Positions 38,446 through 52,067 of a stretch of DNA of 64,000 nucleotides are shown piece by piece (position 1 is the first letter of the stretch; the number at the start of each line of letters is the position of its first letter). This DNA comes from Okamejei kenojei (Eukaryota): contig CM069140.1 of the NCBI GenBank assembly GCA_035221665.1, forward strand, positions 60,760,001 through 60,824,000, in the 5' to 3' direction. Made by a program: the position numbers and the translations under genes. The notes under the pieces were generated by a model. That model worked only from the letters and a program-made list of their open reading frames with translations. It did no database searches and was not told the DNA's origin.

Positions 38446-40597
38446 CTTTGTGAATTGCTTGACGAGTTCTTCTCAAATGATAAATCAGTAGGCAGATGAT
38501 ACAATAATGACACATTGCTTTTGTAAGGTTGTTAATTTGTCTCTCATTTATTTTGAATGTTATCGGTTTTGCTTCATGCTTTGTTTGTATTTCCGATCAC
38601 ATGTTAAATTGTTCCCTCCTTTGTTTACCATCTCATCCCATATTCCACACATCTTCAGTTGCATCATTTCTAGACCATCCTCATCTCAGTTTGTTCATGC
38701 ATTCCATCTTCATACCTTTTGTTCTTGTTCACTGTTATTCTAGTCACCCCTCCTTGTTTATCCATCCTCATCTTCTTGAATTCTTATTGGTTGTTTTTTG
38801 TGAATTTGATTAGTCTATTTCTGTTGGATTCCTTCATTCCACGTTGAATTGTTACTGTTCAACATATATTAATATTTCGACGCTACACTAGGATGATTCA
38901 ATATTGCATCATACATCCAACTGAAGGCAAATTTCACAGAAATCACTGGAAATGAATACCAAGAGAATAAAAAATAACCAGTAGATTTTTTTCGGAGATT
39001 TACAGAGTTTCAGAAATATTATAAAAACAATGGTGGACATTAAAAAACCCATCATATGAAAAATATAGCAAAATCAACCTGTGATTCAATTAATTTGCAC
39101 AAGGATATTTTAAAAAAATCCCCACTAAAATGGCATGTAGGTGTGGTCTGCTCTAAGCATATTATTTTCAATGAGCTTTGATACCCTTGATCATCAGCAA
39201 CTGAGGTTCGTATTAGAAACAATACTCGATAATATGGATATACTTAGAAGTAATGTTCCAATGCAATATTTGCCTTAGCTGTGCCAGTTGTTGATAAACA
39301 TATTTAAAAGAAAACAAAAAAGTTGTTGTGCATTGGCAGTATTATATGTTTTTAATGAGGGCTGTAATTTCATAAAGGCAAAATTGCTGCATCAGAAATG
39401 TTGGAATCAGATGTTTAGAGCACCAGAGATTTTTGAAGACCCTGGAATCTAATTGTAGCAGATATTTTTTTTTTTAAATGAATGTAAAGAAGGAGATAAG
39501 AATGAGAGGCAATCTCGGTGAATGGAAATTGGGCCGAGAGCTCTAGGACTGTGTTGTGCTGTACTCACGATATGGATATTGTAATTCAGGGTTTGAAAAA
39601 TTACTGAAATGGGATTATTTAAGACTTATAAAGGGGAATATTGATCAGGTTTGGGAATGATCAAAGAAATAAAAGAAAATTACAAAACTGAATAACAATT
39701 GACGACGAAGAATCCTGAAAAAAGAATGAGCAAGAAAGAAATGAAAAATCACATAAATCGAACAAAAATGTCATATGAACATAATCAATAGGTCCCTAAA
39801 CCGGTTCTTCTATTCAATAAGATTATGGCTGATGTGATCTTTCCTCCTGGTTCTCCAAATCACCAATGCCTAAAATTGATGATTTTAGGCTCTAGCCTAA
39901 AATGTTATGTCAACTTTGAATATTCCATGATTAGGTTTCCACAGTTCTTCAAGGTATATAATTCCAGAGAATTACAGCGCTCCAGAATAAATTATTCCTT
40001 TGTCCTCGAATCCCAAACGGCAGAAGTAAATTCTTATAAATTTTCTTAAAAGTCTCCAAACACTTAATCAAACCATTTACATTCCAAACATTACATGCTC
40101 AGATTCTGTGGTCTCTTCCTCATAACCTAGCCACTTGGAGCACATTAGTGACATTCTTGGTACTGTACTCATTCCACCAGAAATGGATTCTGCCTAAAGA
40201 GTAATGCCCAGAACCAAGAATCTAGATATAAAGACAAAACCCTTCTCCTCAAAATTATTTCTGTATTTAATTATTAAATGGGACCTTTTGTACATCTCTT
40301 TCCCGGACCTTTCATCTTTAAATATTCGATTCATCTTTTCTACCACTAACAAGAATTAAGTCACACTGATCAGCATCGCATTCCATCTGCTGGTCACGCC
40401 ACTGTTTGAATGATTGATGCAACAATTATAATTGCTCAGATGTCTCAATGTGTGTGAATCTGTATAATAAAGCTTGGAAAAATCACTGCACAGAGAAAAA
40501 CAGAGAGCAAGAAAAGCAATGAAATTTTGATTGAAAATAAGAGTTAACATACACAAGCACAACAAAGTTGTAAATCTGGGTTTAACATTACCATATA

Positions 40598-40793
40598 CAG
40601 ATGCTCCGACCTAAGATGATTCGACTTACGACATTTCGACTTTACGATGGTGCAAACGCTTAACAATGGTAGCGAGCCGCACGTCGCTTCCGGGCACGTG
40701 ATCACATTGTATTAAATGTGCTTTCGACATGATATTTTCGATTTACGAAGGGTTTATCGGAACGTAACCTCATCGTAGATCGAGGAGCAGCTG
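40598..40793. mobile_element. Complete Tigger-type MITE (~196 bp)
   Basis: TA|CAGATGCTCC ... GGAGCAGCTG|CA termini with repeated CGACTTACGA-like subterminal motifs. Confidence 0.85.
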
Positions 40794-40878
40794 CATATCA
40801 TTCAAGAAAGGTGAGAATGACCTTTCCTATTCAGTACAAATGGGTTCATTTCCCTGCCTGATTTGATCTGTTTATAAA

Positions 40879-41003
40879 ATGTTTAAGAGCTGCAGATGCT
40901 GGAAAAATCAAAGGTAGACAAAAATGCTGGAGAAAATCAGCAGGTGACGTTTCGACCCGAAACGTCACCTATTCCTTTTCTCCATAGATGCTGCCTCATC
41001 CGC
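40879..41003. mobile_element. Fold-back Penelope-terminus mini-element
   Basis: 15-bp TSD tgatctgtttataaa (40864-40878, 41004-41018); central palindrome aggtgacgtttcg-acc-cgaaacgtcacct. Confidence 0.85.
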
Positions 41004-41462
41004 TGATCTGTTTATAAAGATTATGGCAATAGGCTTCATAAACAGTACCTTCTATTCTTCTGCCATATCGAAGCAACATTAGATTTAGATTTGTTCGTCC
41101 TAGCCGAATGAATGACAGCTATAATCAAGAAAAACTGCACTTTAAAGAGGCAGCTGCCTGCTCTTCAATGTTTGCATTGTCTAAAGCACTTTTTATTTCA
41201 TCTTTTCATTGTTACTAGGTAACACATTTGACCACTTTATCTGTTAAAGGCCTGGAATGAAGTAGTAAAATAACGATATTCCATCAGTAATCCCATTATA
41301 ATATTTAATATAATAATTGCCACCAACATTAGCACATGTGCAAATCCAAATTTGGGAAGCAGCTGTCTGAACTGCTTTGCCCTTCAGAAATTTTACTCGT
41401 TCAATATCTCAACAAGATTCATTATTTGCATACATGCCAGGGCATAACCTTGCAGTACTTAC

Positions 41463-41609
41463 ATGATACTAAATAAACAGACCAAAAACATTAAAGCTTC
41501 TTCATTTAAATATGTGAAGGTTTTAAAAGCAGTCTAAAGTTTCAATTGCATACTGCCAGGCACTGAAAATGTTCTTTTACAGGTGGTCTCATTCCATCCG
41601 TTTTGACAG
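41463..41609 (-). other. Candidate non-coding exon
   Basis: Acceptor ..tttccag| and donor |GTAAGT in repeat-free sequence; 147 nt with stops in all frames. Confidence 0.25.
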
Positions 41610-42497
41610 CTGGAAATTTTTAATAGTTAAAATAAAACATTTCAACTTTATCTTTCGGTGTCAAATCTCTGCCAATTTTTCTTTTATTTTGCTTTGCATG
41701 CACGATTTAGTACTGAATAAAATATTCTAATTTATATTTCTTAGCTCTTAGAATGTGTGACTTCCTAAGGATTCTTCAATTTATATGGTTAATGAAACAT
41801 ATCTTGGCTTGCATTTCTCAAAAGGAAATTCTTGTAGTGCCATGTTTTTATTTAGCTTGTTTATGATGTTATAAATATGCCAAATTGATCATTTCCGTTG
41901 AAGACTCTGGATGGTCCTAGATTGAGGTGTGCATGCACTTAGTCTAGGTGCATTTCTCACATATAACATTTTAAAATTGGCAGAATAAGTAGCCCTCATT
42001 TCAATTAACATCATTTGTAAAACAGCACGTAAAAATGTATTTACCACCTTAGCTTTAAACACAATAATTTTATGACACAACTTCCCATGTAAAGATGAGG
42101 AGGTGCGAGAAGAGATTGGAGTAGGGAAGGAATGTCAAAAGTGAAAAGCGAGTCAGAACATTATATAATAACCTCGCTGACAAAAGTGGCTAATTAGAAA
42201 TGATCTTTCAGGATTATATTAAACCAAAATTAGGAATACTAGGCTTATGAAGAGTTAAAAGAAAAATAACAAAAGTTATAGAGCAAAGTTAAACGCTTTG
42301 TTAATCTAAGAGGGGAAATTCCCCTCAATCAACAGCAAATGAGCAGGCTACTTACTGGGCAGATACAATAACACCTCTCAATCTGTATAAAACTCCAAGT
42401 AGTACAAGAAATAAAACGTGGAATACAAAACCGATTCAGGGGTACAGTAGCTCTTGTAGAAACAAGCTGGGCATAACTGGGGAACTAAATATTCCAG

Positions 42498-42900
42498 TAC
42501 AGTAAAACTCTCATAATCCACCTTCTTCAGGATTTTGATGGTACTGGAGGAACAGATTTTCCAGATTGCTGATATACCTTTTTTTAAATACACAAACACA
42601 CTTATATTTCACATTTTTAATAAAAGATGCTACACTGTAGTAGTATTGCACTTTTCCAGTGAACTAGGTGAGTTTAAAGACAATGTAAGAAACAGGTGAA
42701 TTTAAAAGGAGTTTACGAAGGGACGTTAGGTAGTTCGAATATGGACCCAGTGGAATATGTGGGAGCATGGGAATGGGGCTGCAATGAGTTTAAAGAATTA
42801 TGGTAAATTGAAACGTGTAAGCCAAATGCTGAGCCATAGGACTTTTGACCCGGATAACAGATTTTGACTGATTTTCGGATCTTTAGAAAAAAAATCTTAA
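42498..42900. mobile_element. Old Tigger-like element with internal degenerate repeats
   Basis: TA|CAGTAAAACTC start; gagtttaaag units as at 8860-8980. Confidence 0.45.
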
Positions 42901-43792
42901 ATATCTCTTTCATACCCGCTTCACGAAGGTGTTGTCACGTACTCTTACTCATAACTCAACTTCATATGGTTATTCCATGATGGTTTTTTGTTTTTATTTG
43001 CCCCACTTTAGAATGCACTATAATCTTGTACCAATTTGCTCTTTTGCACTTGTTATCATTGCTATATGTATACAGTTTATACTTTGAGCTTCATGTGAAG
43101 AAGGAATCTCATTGCACCCAAGATTCAGATTAATATAATTTACTTGACATTAAACTAATCTGAACTTTTAAAAAGGAAAATTATGTCAAACTTACAACTA
43201 TACAGTTCAGGATCTTTTTGCACAAATAGTAGTAACATTTCTACAACTCTCCTGAAAGGATGCAAGATCAATTAAGGCTGTCAATTTTAGTTTGATATGG
43301 GCATCAAGCGACAAGTACAAAAAGGAAAATATCTATTACAAATTGAAATTAAGATGAGAAAAGTTTCCACAGGCTGAATAGCATGCATTGTGGAAGATAA
43401 ATACAGGTAGATATCAATAATACAAATAGCAGCCTACCTGCCTTGTACCAACAGGATTATCTGTGCATTAATACATAGCCTTTCAAACAACAGTCATTGA
43501 TGGATCCAGCAACTGGAAAAGACCTAAAATTATTTAATTCAATAGTTGTGACCAGTGGTCACAAAAAGCTTTGCAAAAACCCTAAATTACTGTGCATTGA
43601 GCATGCATCAAGTTTGAATTGGACAGTGTCAAAGATCAAGAACAGAAATGTCAGAAGGTGGACCATTACAGTAAGGTGACAAAAAATTAGGTGATCAAAA
43701 TCTGCTGAGTGGACAGAACAAGAGTGTTCAGCAGAGTGATTGTCCTGTCTGTACTTTTTGCACAGACCAGCCCACTGAGTCCATATGCCAGA

Positions 43793-43915
43793 GGCTGAAG
43801 AAGGGTCTCGACTCAAAACGTTACCCATTCCTTGTCTCCAGAGATGCTTGCCTGAGTTACTCCAGCATTTGGTGTCTATCTTCGATTTAAACCAGCATCT
43901 GCAGTTCCTTCCTAA
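43793..43915 (+). mobile_element. Penelope terminal module
   Basis: ctgaagaagggtctcgactcaaaacgtt ... ccagcatctgcagttccttcct. Confidence 0.8.
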
Positions 43916-46149
43916 GCACAAATATATGCTATTTCTTGAGAAGAATTTATTCTAGCATGTTAATTTTGGTTAAGGCACAAAAGGAAAGTAGATTCTAAAT
44001 ATTTTGTTAACTATTAATGCCATTTCATTCATAGTATGTTTGTAATACTGACCTTCATTTTTAAAACGAATTAAGGCATAGCCTTGCCACAGAGATTGGT
44101 GTAAAATGAATTCTGCAAAATATTATTTTTCTTTCAAACAAATTATTTGCAGAATTGAACATAATAATATATACTTGAGACTATTGCATGTAAAATATCA
44201 GAAACATAGGTTATCACAATATGGAGAACATGAATGTCTAGATATTGTCATCACCAGGTAACTTTTCAGCGTTGAAGAAAGCTTTGGAGTTATTATCATT
44301 GAGCACTTGAAAAAGTAATGGTCGAAAGAAGCAATAGCATTTCTCTTCATCCAATCAGACTGAGCATAAGAATACATGAAGTTAAGCCTATTTGGCTCCT
44401 CGTGTCTGTTCTGCCATTCAATCAGATAAAAGCTGATATTACTTCAGTGCCAGTCGAACAAATTTTACAAGTTAAACAGTTTAGAAAACAAACAATGGGC
44501 CATCTTTTCATTGATGTAATAAAAGAAAAGCATGTCCAGTCCATAAGCAGAATTCTCCAGAATTAATTTATAAATTAGTTAAAATAAATTGCCATAACTC
44601 CTATACTAATCCCACATCCTCAATTCCCTTTATAGCAAACTCAGTGACCCCTTGTGTAGAGATTTCCAGTACCCTCTCAGTAAAGACAATTTTTCCAATA
44701 TCTCTCCTGATTGTCCATGCACTTATTTTGAGATTACGATCCCTCATTCAATGTCCGCTGATGAATTCTCAGAGACAAATGTGCATGACAGCTGTACACA
44801 TACCTCATTTTCAGCATCACAGTTTAGAAATACACTGCAAACTTAAAATGTGAACAATTCTGGAAGTGGCTGCACTACAAAACCCAGGCAGAAAATGTCC
44901 CTCCAGCCAGTGTACAACCTGCATTAGCAACGGAAAGCAGTATTGGCGATCACCAGTGCAATAAATACAGAGCTACAAGTTCCATGGAGTATGGAGCTTC
45001 AATTTCCAATTTGAATTTTGCTGACCAAGGAAATGAAGACCAAGTGAAAAATGGAACATATAATGATAACTAAAGCAACATCATCCAGGAAAAAATGCAA
45101 CAATTAAGAGGATAGTTATATAAAACCTAAGCACATAAAATCAATCTCAGTCACTTAAAGAAATGTGATCAAGGTTGATCGGTAATGATCACGTTCAATC
45201 AATCCCATTCAGTCCACTATACAAGGCCATCCATATTTCACTTACATGTTTCTGAAAAAACGTTAGTGAAAAATAATTAAATACATAATGATACTGAAAT
45301 ATTTGAACCTTCTTTGCTTTAATTTATATTTTAATATTCCTTTGGAAGGGCCGAGAGGGCCTGTTTCCGTGCTGTAATTCCACAATCCCTTAACCAGTCA
45401 GAGAAGATTTTCAACATGTTACATTCAAGCTCAACAGAAAATGAATGCAATAAGTACTTTGAAAATTATAGCCTGCTAATAACGAAGCAATATTTGCTTT
45501 AAAACTGAAACCCTTAGTACACAAAATTGCTTGCTATCTGCAAAAAGGTAGGGGGGGGAGGAACAACAGAGGTTCTAAATTAATGGACCATCTTCAGCAT
45601 TTTATTAATTGCATTTACTCAAATAATCTAATTGGTTAAAATTAGTGGCTGTGGATTTGCACAGAATAATTAAGTTGTAAAACCAAGAACAAATATAATG
45701 TCCATTATGACACTATTCATATTTTAGTGAAGATTTTACTTTCTTCCCAGATCCTCCTGAATATTAGAAACTGCACTGGCAGTGAAAGGCCAGTAAGCAG
45801 CACTCCATGCACATGTATTGATATACATATGGGTGAAAATATGTTCTCCAACAAATGACAAATGTACATTGTAAAAACCCACCTTCTTATTTTTGTTACA
45901 ATGAAAATGTAGCCCATATTAAATTCTTCAGCATTTACCAACAAAATCAAAATAATTTGGCTTTTGTCTATTATTCACAAAACTATCTAATGATGAAATC
46001 GCTTCTGATAAAGAATATATGTGCCAGAGTTGTAATGCAGGAAATACAATAACTGTTTTGTGTTTTTATAACCAGCAAACTCCAACAAATAGCAATATGA
46101 TACTGACTAGAATTTCCTTTTAAATGTTAAGTAAAGAATAAATACTGGG

Positions 46150-46290
46150 TAAATGACAGAGTATGTGTATTGGCCCTCTTCAAAATACAGCCATGGAATC
46201 TTTTACTTCCTACTATAAGTGCCTTGGTTTAACATCTCACTTGAAAGACAATATGTTCAGTATAGTATTCCCCCAGTATTAGAACGAGTC
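46150..46290. mobile_element. Ancient Deu-domain SINE remnant
   Basis: gccatggaatcttttac ... ccttggtttaacatctcacttgaaagac ... tattcccccagtatt resembles the recalled SacSINE1/AmnSINE1 Deu domain. Confidence 0.6.
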
Positions 46291-46554
46291 GCTCACATTA
46301 AACTGAATCCCATCAATCGCATCAACTGAATATAGCAGACAGCAAGGTGGTACCACAGCCGTAATGAGGTCTGTAGTCAAATGGTATCACTGGAAACCAG
46401 TAATATTATTGCCGCAATAAACATCTTCACAACACTTTGTTAATGACAGATTTACCTATCGATTTAGAAATATACCTGATACTTTTTCCATTATTAACTT
46501 TATTCTATCAACCAGACTACAACTTGGCTATGTACTCCCAAGTCAGAGGAAGCA

Positions 46555-46757
46555 TTGGGGGCAGGTACAATGTCAACACTTAGATGACATTTGGACAAGT
46601 ACATGGATAGGAAAGGTTTAGAGGAATATGGGCCATCGCAGGTAAATGGGACTAGAGCCCGATTCTGGATGGATGATCAGCCATGATCACATTGAATGGC
46701 TGTGCTGGCTCGAAGGGCTGAATGGCCTACTCCTGCACCTAATGTCTATTGTCTATG
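46555..46757 (+). mobile_element. CR1 3' end fragments
   Basis: ttggacaagtacatggataggaaagg ... gaagggctgaatggcctactcctgcacct plus (tctattg)n tail; same family as 24330-24803. Confidence 0.8.
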
Positions 46758-49700
46758 TTGTGTGACTGTGACTCTAAGTCCAAAGGGACCAATATATACA
46801 TTCCAGGTGCAAGTCAGATCAGCTGTGCCTGCTGACCTAGTTCAGTATGTTATTCAGGAGGAGGAGGACTTGCATAATAAAAAAGCAACATTCAAAAAGT
46901 TGAGTTTCAGATGTACAGGTGCATTCAATATTTGAAAATATTATACAAACTCAAACCAGAATTTTAGAATAAATGTGAAGAAAACAGATTTCCACATTAT
47001 GTCAAGAAAGAAGAGTCCAATGTGGAATAAATCAGAATGGCCAACGTCAAAATCTGTGTAAGCGGGTACTTCAGAAAAAGAGTTGAGATTATCCACTTGG
47101 CATTTCAGGTAGAAACTGCTGCAACCATTTCAGACCCAACTTCTGTATTAATTTAAACATCAATGCATTAAGACTGCAGGATCATACACCGTACATTGTT
47201 TAACTGTTCAACAGCATTCACATCTAGAATATTTAATTGTAGCGTAATAGATGTCAGGGCTGCACAAGGCCTTGTTTCTGTTTAAAGTAGATGGTAGCAA
47301 GAGATGGCATGGAGAGATGAAGATCACAAGTGTCTGGTGCCTGAGACTTGTTGCTTGAAGATGCAGAAACCCTCATTTTACTTTAAAAAAAATATTTGAT
47401 TAGGCACGATAGATACATGATCTACAGACAAAAACCAAAAAATAGCATAAAGATCTTTTTCAGGGAGGGGCAGCACACACATGGGACAAATTCTCATTAT
47501 TTTGTGCCATATATTTACATGATTCTCTGACAGAAAACTTGCAAAACTATGGAGATTAGGTCAAAAAGCCAAAAATATATCTAGATGCTAGAAATCCAAA
47601 ATTAAGACAAAAGACACTTAAAGAAAATTCAGCAGTTTAGACAGCAGCTGAAGTCAGAGGATGGGAGTTAATGTTTCAGGTCACTAACCTTCCATCAGCT
47701 TCAACTTATTCCATATTTAAAACTGAGATCCCATACATGATTATCGGTATATTCCCCACGTGCATGTTCTTGACCTCTTTCACCATCATCATCGACTCTC
47801 TATCTCAAAGCAGTCCTGGCCCTGTGTTCCATCCACTTCATCCTTCTCAGCATTAATGCTTACACAAAGGGCTTCATTACTTCAGAAAGATCATCAACTT
47901 CAACAATTCTTGAATTCCAATTTTTGTCCAGTCATTTTCTTCCCTCACTTTCCTCCAAGCCAGTCTCTCCTTGAAATCTTATCTCCTGCTGGGTTATCAC
48001 TATCTTTTCTGATCTTTCCCTCTGTGATCCCAAAATCAACCTCTCATGTCTCTATCACAAAAAGTCTAACATGTTGAGTTGTCTTTCTGATGTCTTTCCC
48101 TCTATACCAATTTCTTTAGGCAAGAATCATCACCTCAGATTGTGTATTATTTCGCCAATTTTCAGCATTCCCAGTCCACCTGGACCCCATTAAATAGCCT
48201 TTTATCCTCTTGATTTCTCTTCACAACTTTAATCATAGGTTGACACAAAGTACTGGGGTTACTCAGGTGGTCAGGTGACATCTCTGGAGAACATGAATAG
48301 GTAATGTTTCAGATCGGGACGATTCTTTCCCTTAATCACAAGTTGGCTATTTCTATCTGAAACGCACTTATTCCATTGTTTTACATCTGTTGCTGTTTCT
48401 GTCTCATTGCTCAGTTGATGGCTTGATGGAAATAACACAATGAAGGTTACCTTCGGCCACGATGCGGTGAAATACAATTTGCTGGTTCTGGAACCTACAC
48501 GACCTCACATAGCCAGGTATCTATGCTACATTATTGGTCTTTATCGCTCATTTAGCATCACCTGGTGTTTACAATATGGAGTGTGGCATCAGGGACATAA
48601 TCCTTTTCCAAACATTTCTCAATTAAGAACATTCAAAACTTGAAATCTGGCTTAAAAAAAAAATTGACCAGTCATAGATTTTAACACGAAAACATGACTT
48701 GTGTCAATCAGAACAGGATGATATTCATGGCTGCCAAGGGATTTTACAAGGAGTCATTAATTGCTGAGACGATGGGCAGTCTGAAAACTCCAGAGCATCT
48801 CTTGGCTTAGAGATTTTCAGCCAGAGTAAAATTTTAAATATCAGCATCACTGCTTTAACCTTGTTGATCCAAATTCTTGGATTTGATTTGAGTCCTAAAA
48901 ACATGCCTGATAGAAAAATTATTCAATTTTTAATTTTGTTTAAAATAGTTACATGAAATTTATCGAAAAATGCTTGCCAAATGCTATCAATGTCTTCAAG
49001 TTTACAGATATGCTTCCATACAGGGTAGATGATGCGTTATATTAAAACAAATAGCTCAACAATAAAAACCATACAGTAAATCTGACCTGTTAAAAATAAA
49101 TTAATATCTTGCTGCATTGCATCCCTTGCTTTCCCTGAAAACTGACTGGGTTTCATTATACATGATTTGGAAACCTAACCAAGTAAGTGGACTATTTATG
49201 CAGGTGTTTGGAAAACAAATATTTGCCGGCTAATCAGCACTGCTGCCAAAACCAATGTTGCGCAGGCTAGCACCTCCAAATGTGCCCTTTCCAGCAGGAT
49301 CACAAGTAGGAAAGCAACCTGTGTCACACCAGGCAAAACTGTTAACAACTTTTACATCTGTTGGGTAGGTAAAATGAAGGAATAAATAATTTATTCTGGA
49401 TTGTAAACCTGGTAGGGGAGGTAAAGGTTGGCCAGATACTTTTACTATATGAGAAGGCACAAGTCATTACTTGTTTTTATTACTGGGCTGCTTTGTACAT
49501 GGGAAGATCAGAATTTTCATCAAATGAGAGTTTTAACTGGCTTGAACTTTTGACAATTATGAGCATCAGTTTTGCTGATGTATGTCATCAGGGTTGGGCA
49601 TTACATTTCATAGATTTCTACCTGCCCCCAAGCATTGTAATCACATACTGCCCGATTAATGTGCATCTGGCTCCTTGCACCATTTGGTTGGCCATTGTGG

Positions 49701-49904
49701 AATAGAGTATTAGAATCTTTCCCATGCATCAGAAATTACATTCACTTTACACTTTTCACAGCTTTAGCAAGTTCCAAATGTTTGACTTATCGCCGAAGTA
49801 ATAACATTGGAAACGATAATGCTAATTTGTGCAGAGTAGGTTCCCATAAACTGCTTCTTGTCGGGAGTTGCTTTTGGTCAAGAATGATTTTCTTTCACTG
49901 TTAT

Positions 49905-51600
49905 TTTGTAGGTTCTGAAGTGGCTGATGAGGCCAATTTAGCACCAGCAAAGTCTACCACAGGTGGCACAAGAAGTGCTTGATGGTGGTTATAATCAAAT
50001 AGTATGTTGGGCTTTTTATATATCTCACTGCTCAACGCAATTCCAAATGACCCTTTTTCATTTTACAAGGCCCTGGGCTCGGGATTCCCATGGGTTGATA
50101 GAGATGATCCATTTGATCAAGGCGGTTTTGAGAACATTCTTGAAACGATTCCTTTGTCTTTTTAATAATCTCATGCCATTATGGGGGTGATAGTGGAAGA
50201 TCTATTTCAGAAATCTGATGTTGGGCATGCAATAGCATGGCCAGCCCATTGATGACTAGTTGAAAAATAATTTCACATTATTGGTGTGAAAGAGGATGTT
50301 GATTTGCCTATTATACAATTGGGTGTGAAGAATTTACTATAGGCAGCTCTCCAGTGCGCGGAGGAACTACATGTCTCAGAAGCATGCATAAAGGTAGAGG
50401 TCACTGTTGCTCAACCATGAGCTTTCCATTAGAAATGGACTAAAGACTGTTGAATGGAGTTAAGGATAGTTGTGCCAAGTACAGAATGTTTGGTCCAGTG
50501 GTGAGGTACTCCTTCCAGCAGAAGCCAATGGCCTGTCCTTGAAAAACTCCCTTTTTGATTCTCATGGGGAAGGCCTCCTCTGATAATTGGAACATGGAAA
50601 GACTTGCCAATGCTTGCGCAGTTATCAATGAGGTAATAAATCTTCAATAAGTCAATGGTTTTAAGTTAATTCTCAACCTTCAGGTGCTCTTGGAGCAGTT
50701 TATTTCCCTTTGAAGGTCTAGTTTCCAATTCAAGAATGCCTTGTGTTTGTAGTTATCTCCTGGATCTCCTATTCACATCAAACAAGCCCTGATGTATTCT
50801 GAAAGATAAAACAATAATCTACTCTAAGATACTAATTATGGTGGGCTTCAGGGCATTTTGAGACCTTTAAAATCAATCTCACTCTGGGCAGTGTTTCTGT
50901 TGCCCTTGTATTGGGCTATGCTGATGAAGACAACAGAGTGGATTAGATGCTGATGAAGACAACAGAGTGGATTAGGTGAATAATTATCTGTACCAGTCAT
51001 GATGCAGGTAAAGTGGATACTCTGTGCTGTCTCTCACTTGGACAATGATTATAATCTAGCTGGTGTCTAGATCAAAGGTGTTCCCATGATATATTTTGCA
51101 TGTCTTCTTGGTGAAATCAGATGCTGGTTATGACAAGAGCATGTTCCAAACATTTTGTCAGATTGGTTACCCATCTCTACCCTATTCTTATCATCACATA
51201 TTTCCAGAGGATTAAGTCCTTCTCGACACTGTGGTTCACCAGTGTTTACTCAACATTGAAAAATATCCTCCTTGACCTCTTCCGAATCCTCCGAAATCTG
51301 TGTGCTAATGATCACAGCCTGCTGGTTTCCAATTAGAGGGCCATGAAATATTCAGTTATCTCACAGAGAGTTGCTGAATCATCAAACCACCTCATTATTG
51401 ACAGCAAAATGCACACCATGAAGCTTTGTTCATTGAACTGATCATTCTCCACCTAGCATGTCTCATTCGGGCCAGTGATGACAATGTCAGAGAGCCCAAC
51501 TATGACTGCAGAATATTTAAATCTGTAGCTATTGAGGCAATCCGCAAGGGGCCTAATGATTCAGGCCCCAAGTTATTATTTTGAATAGTAGCTGCCTCAT
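49905..51600 (-). mobile_element. Old, internally deleted RTE-clade LINE
   Basis: Minus strand C-terminal CATCGRLC..IGLISHFRT zinc knuckle (~49910-49975), QRNRFKNVLKTAL..W, and upstream RT/EN-like remnants. Confidence 0.75.
50918..50975. repeat. Perfect 29-bp tandem duplication
   Basis: atgctgatgaagacaacagagtggattag x2. Confidence 0.95.
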
Positions 51601-52067
51601 GTGTGACTTTTTGTTAATAAGATAGTCACTTCTCAACAGGTATCACACAAACTTTGACAGAGCAAAGTTATGGCACAGTCCGAGACAACTAAAACAAGTT
51701 TGCAAACACAGAAGTCAACATGAGAGTAGGTGTCCGTTCGCATATAGATACACATGCAAACATGCACATAGGAGAGCTTAGTCGCAACCATAGTGAGTAT
51801 TGCTTGGCATGGAGATGAATGTCTCTATCAACCGGTAAGGTACAAATTGGGACTCAATTAACCAACGCACCACACCAGGAGACTGCAAACTATCAGCCTC
51901 AGGCAGAATTGAGCAGGTGACAGTTTTCAAGGAGGCAAAGGACAGATTCCAACCAAATCAAAGCCTCAAAGCATAGCCTGAGAACCTGGCAAGAAATTGC
52001 TCAGCAAAACCTGGTGCCATTGAGCAGCCAATAAAATTTAATGTACTAATGACCATTTTTAAACTTA

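Noticed and set aside
49230-49850. Possible coding exon or LTR-element remnant (ORF 49230..49460)
   Set aside because: No convincing motif or splice-site pair found.
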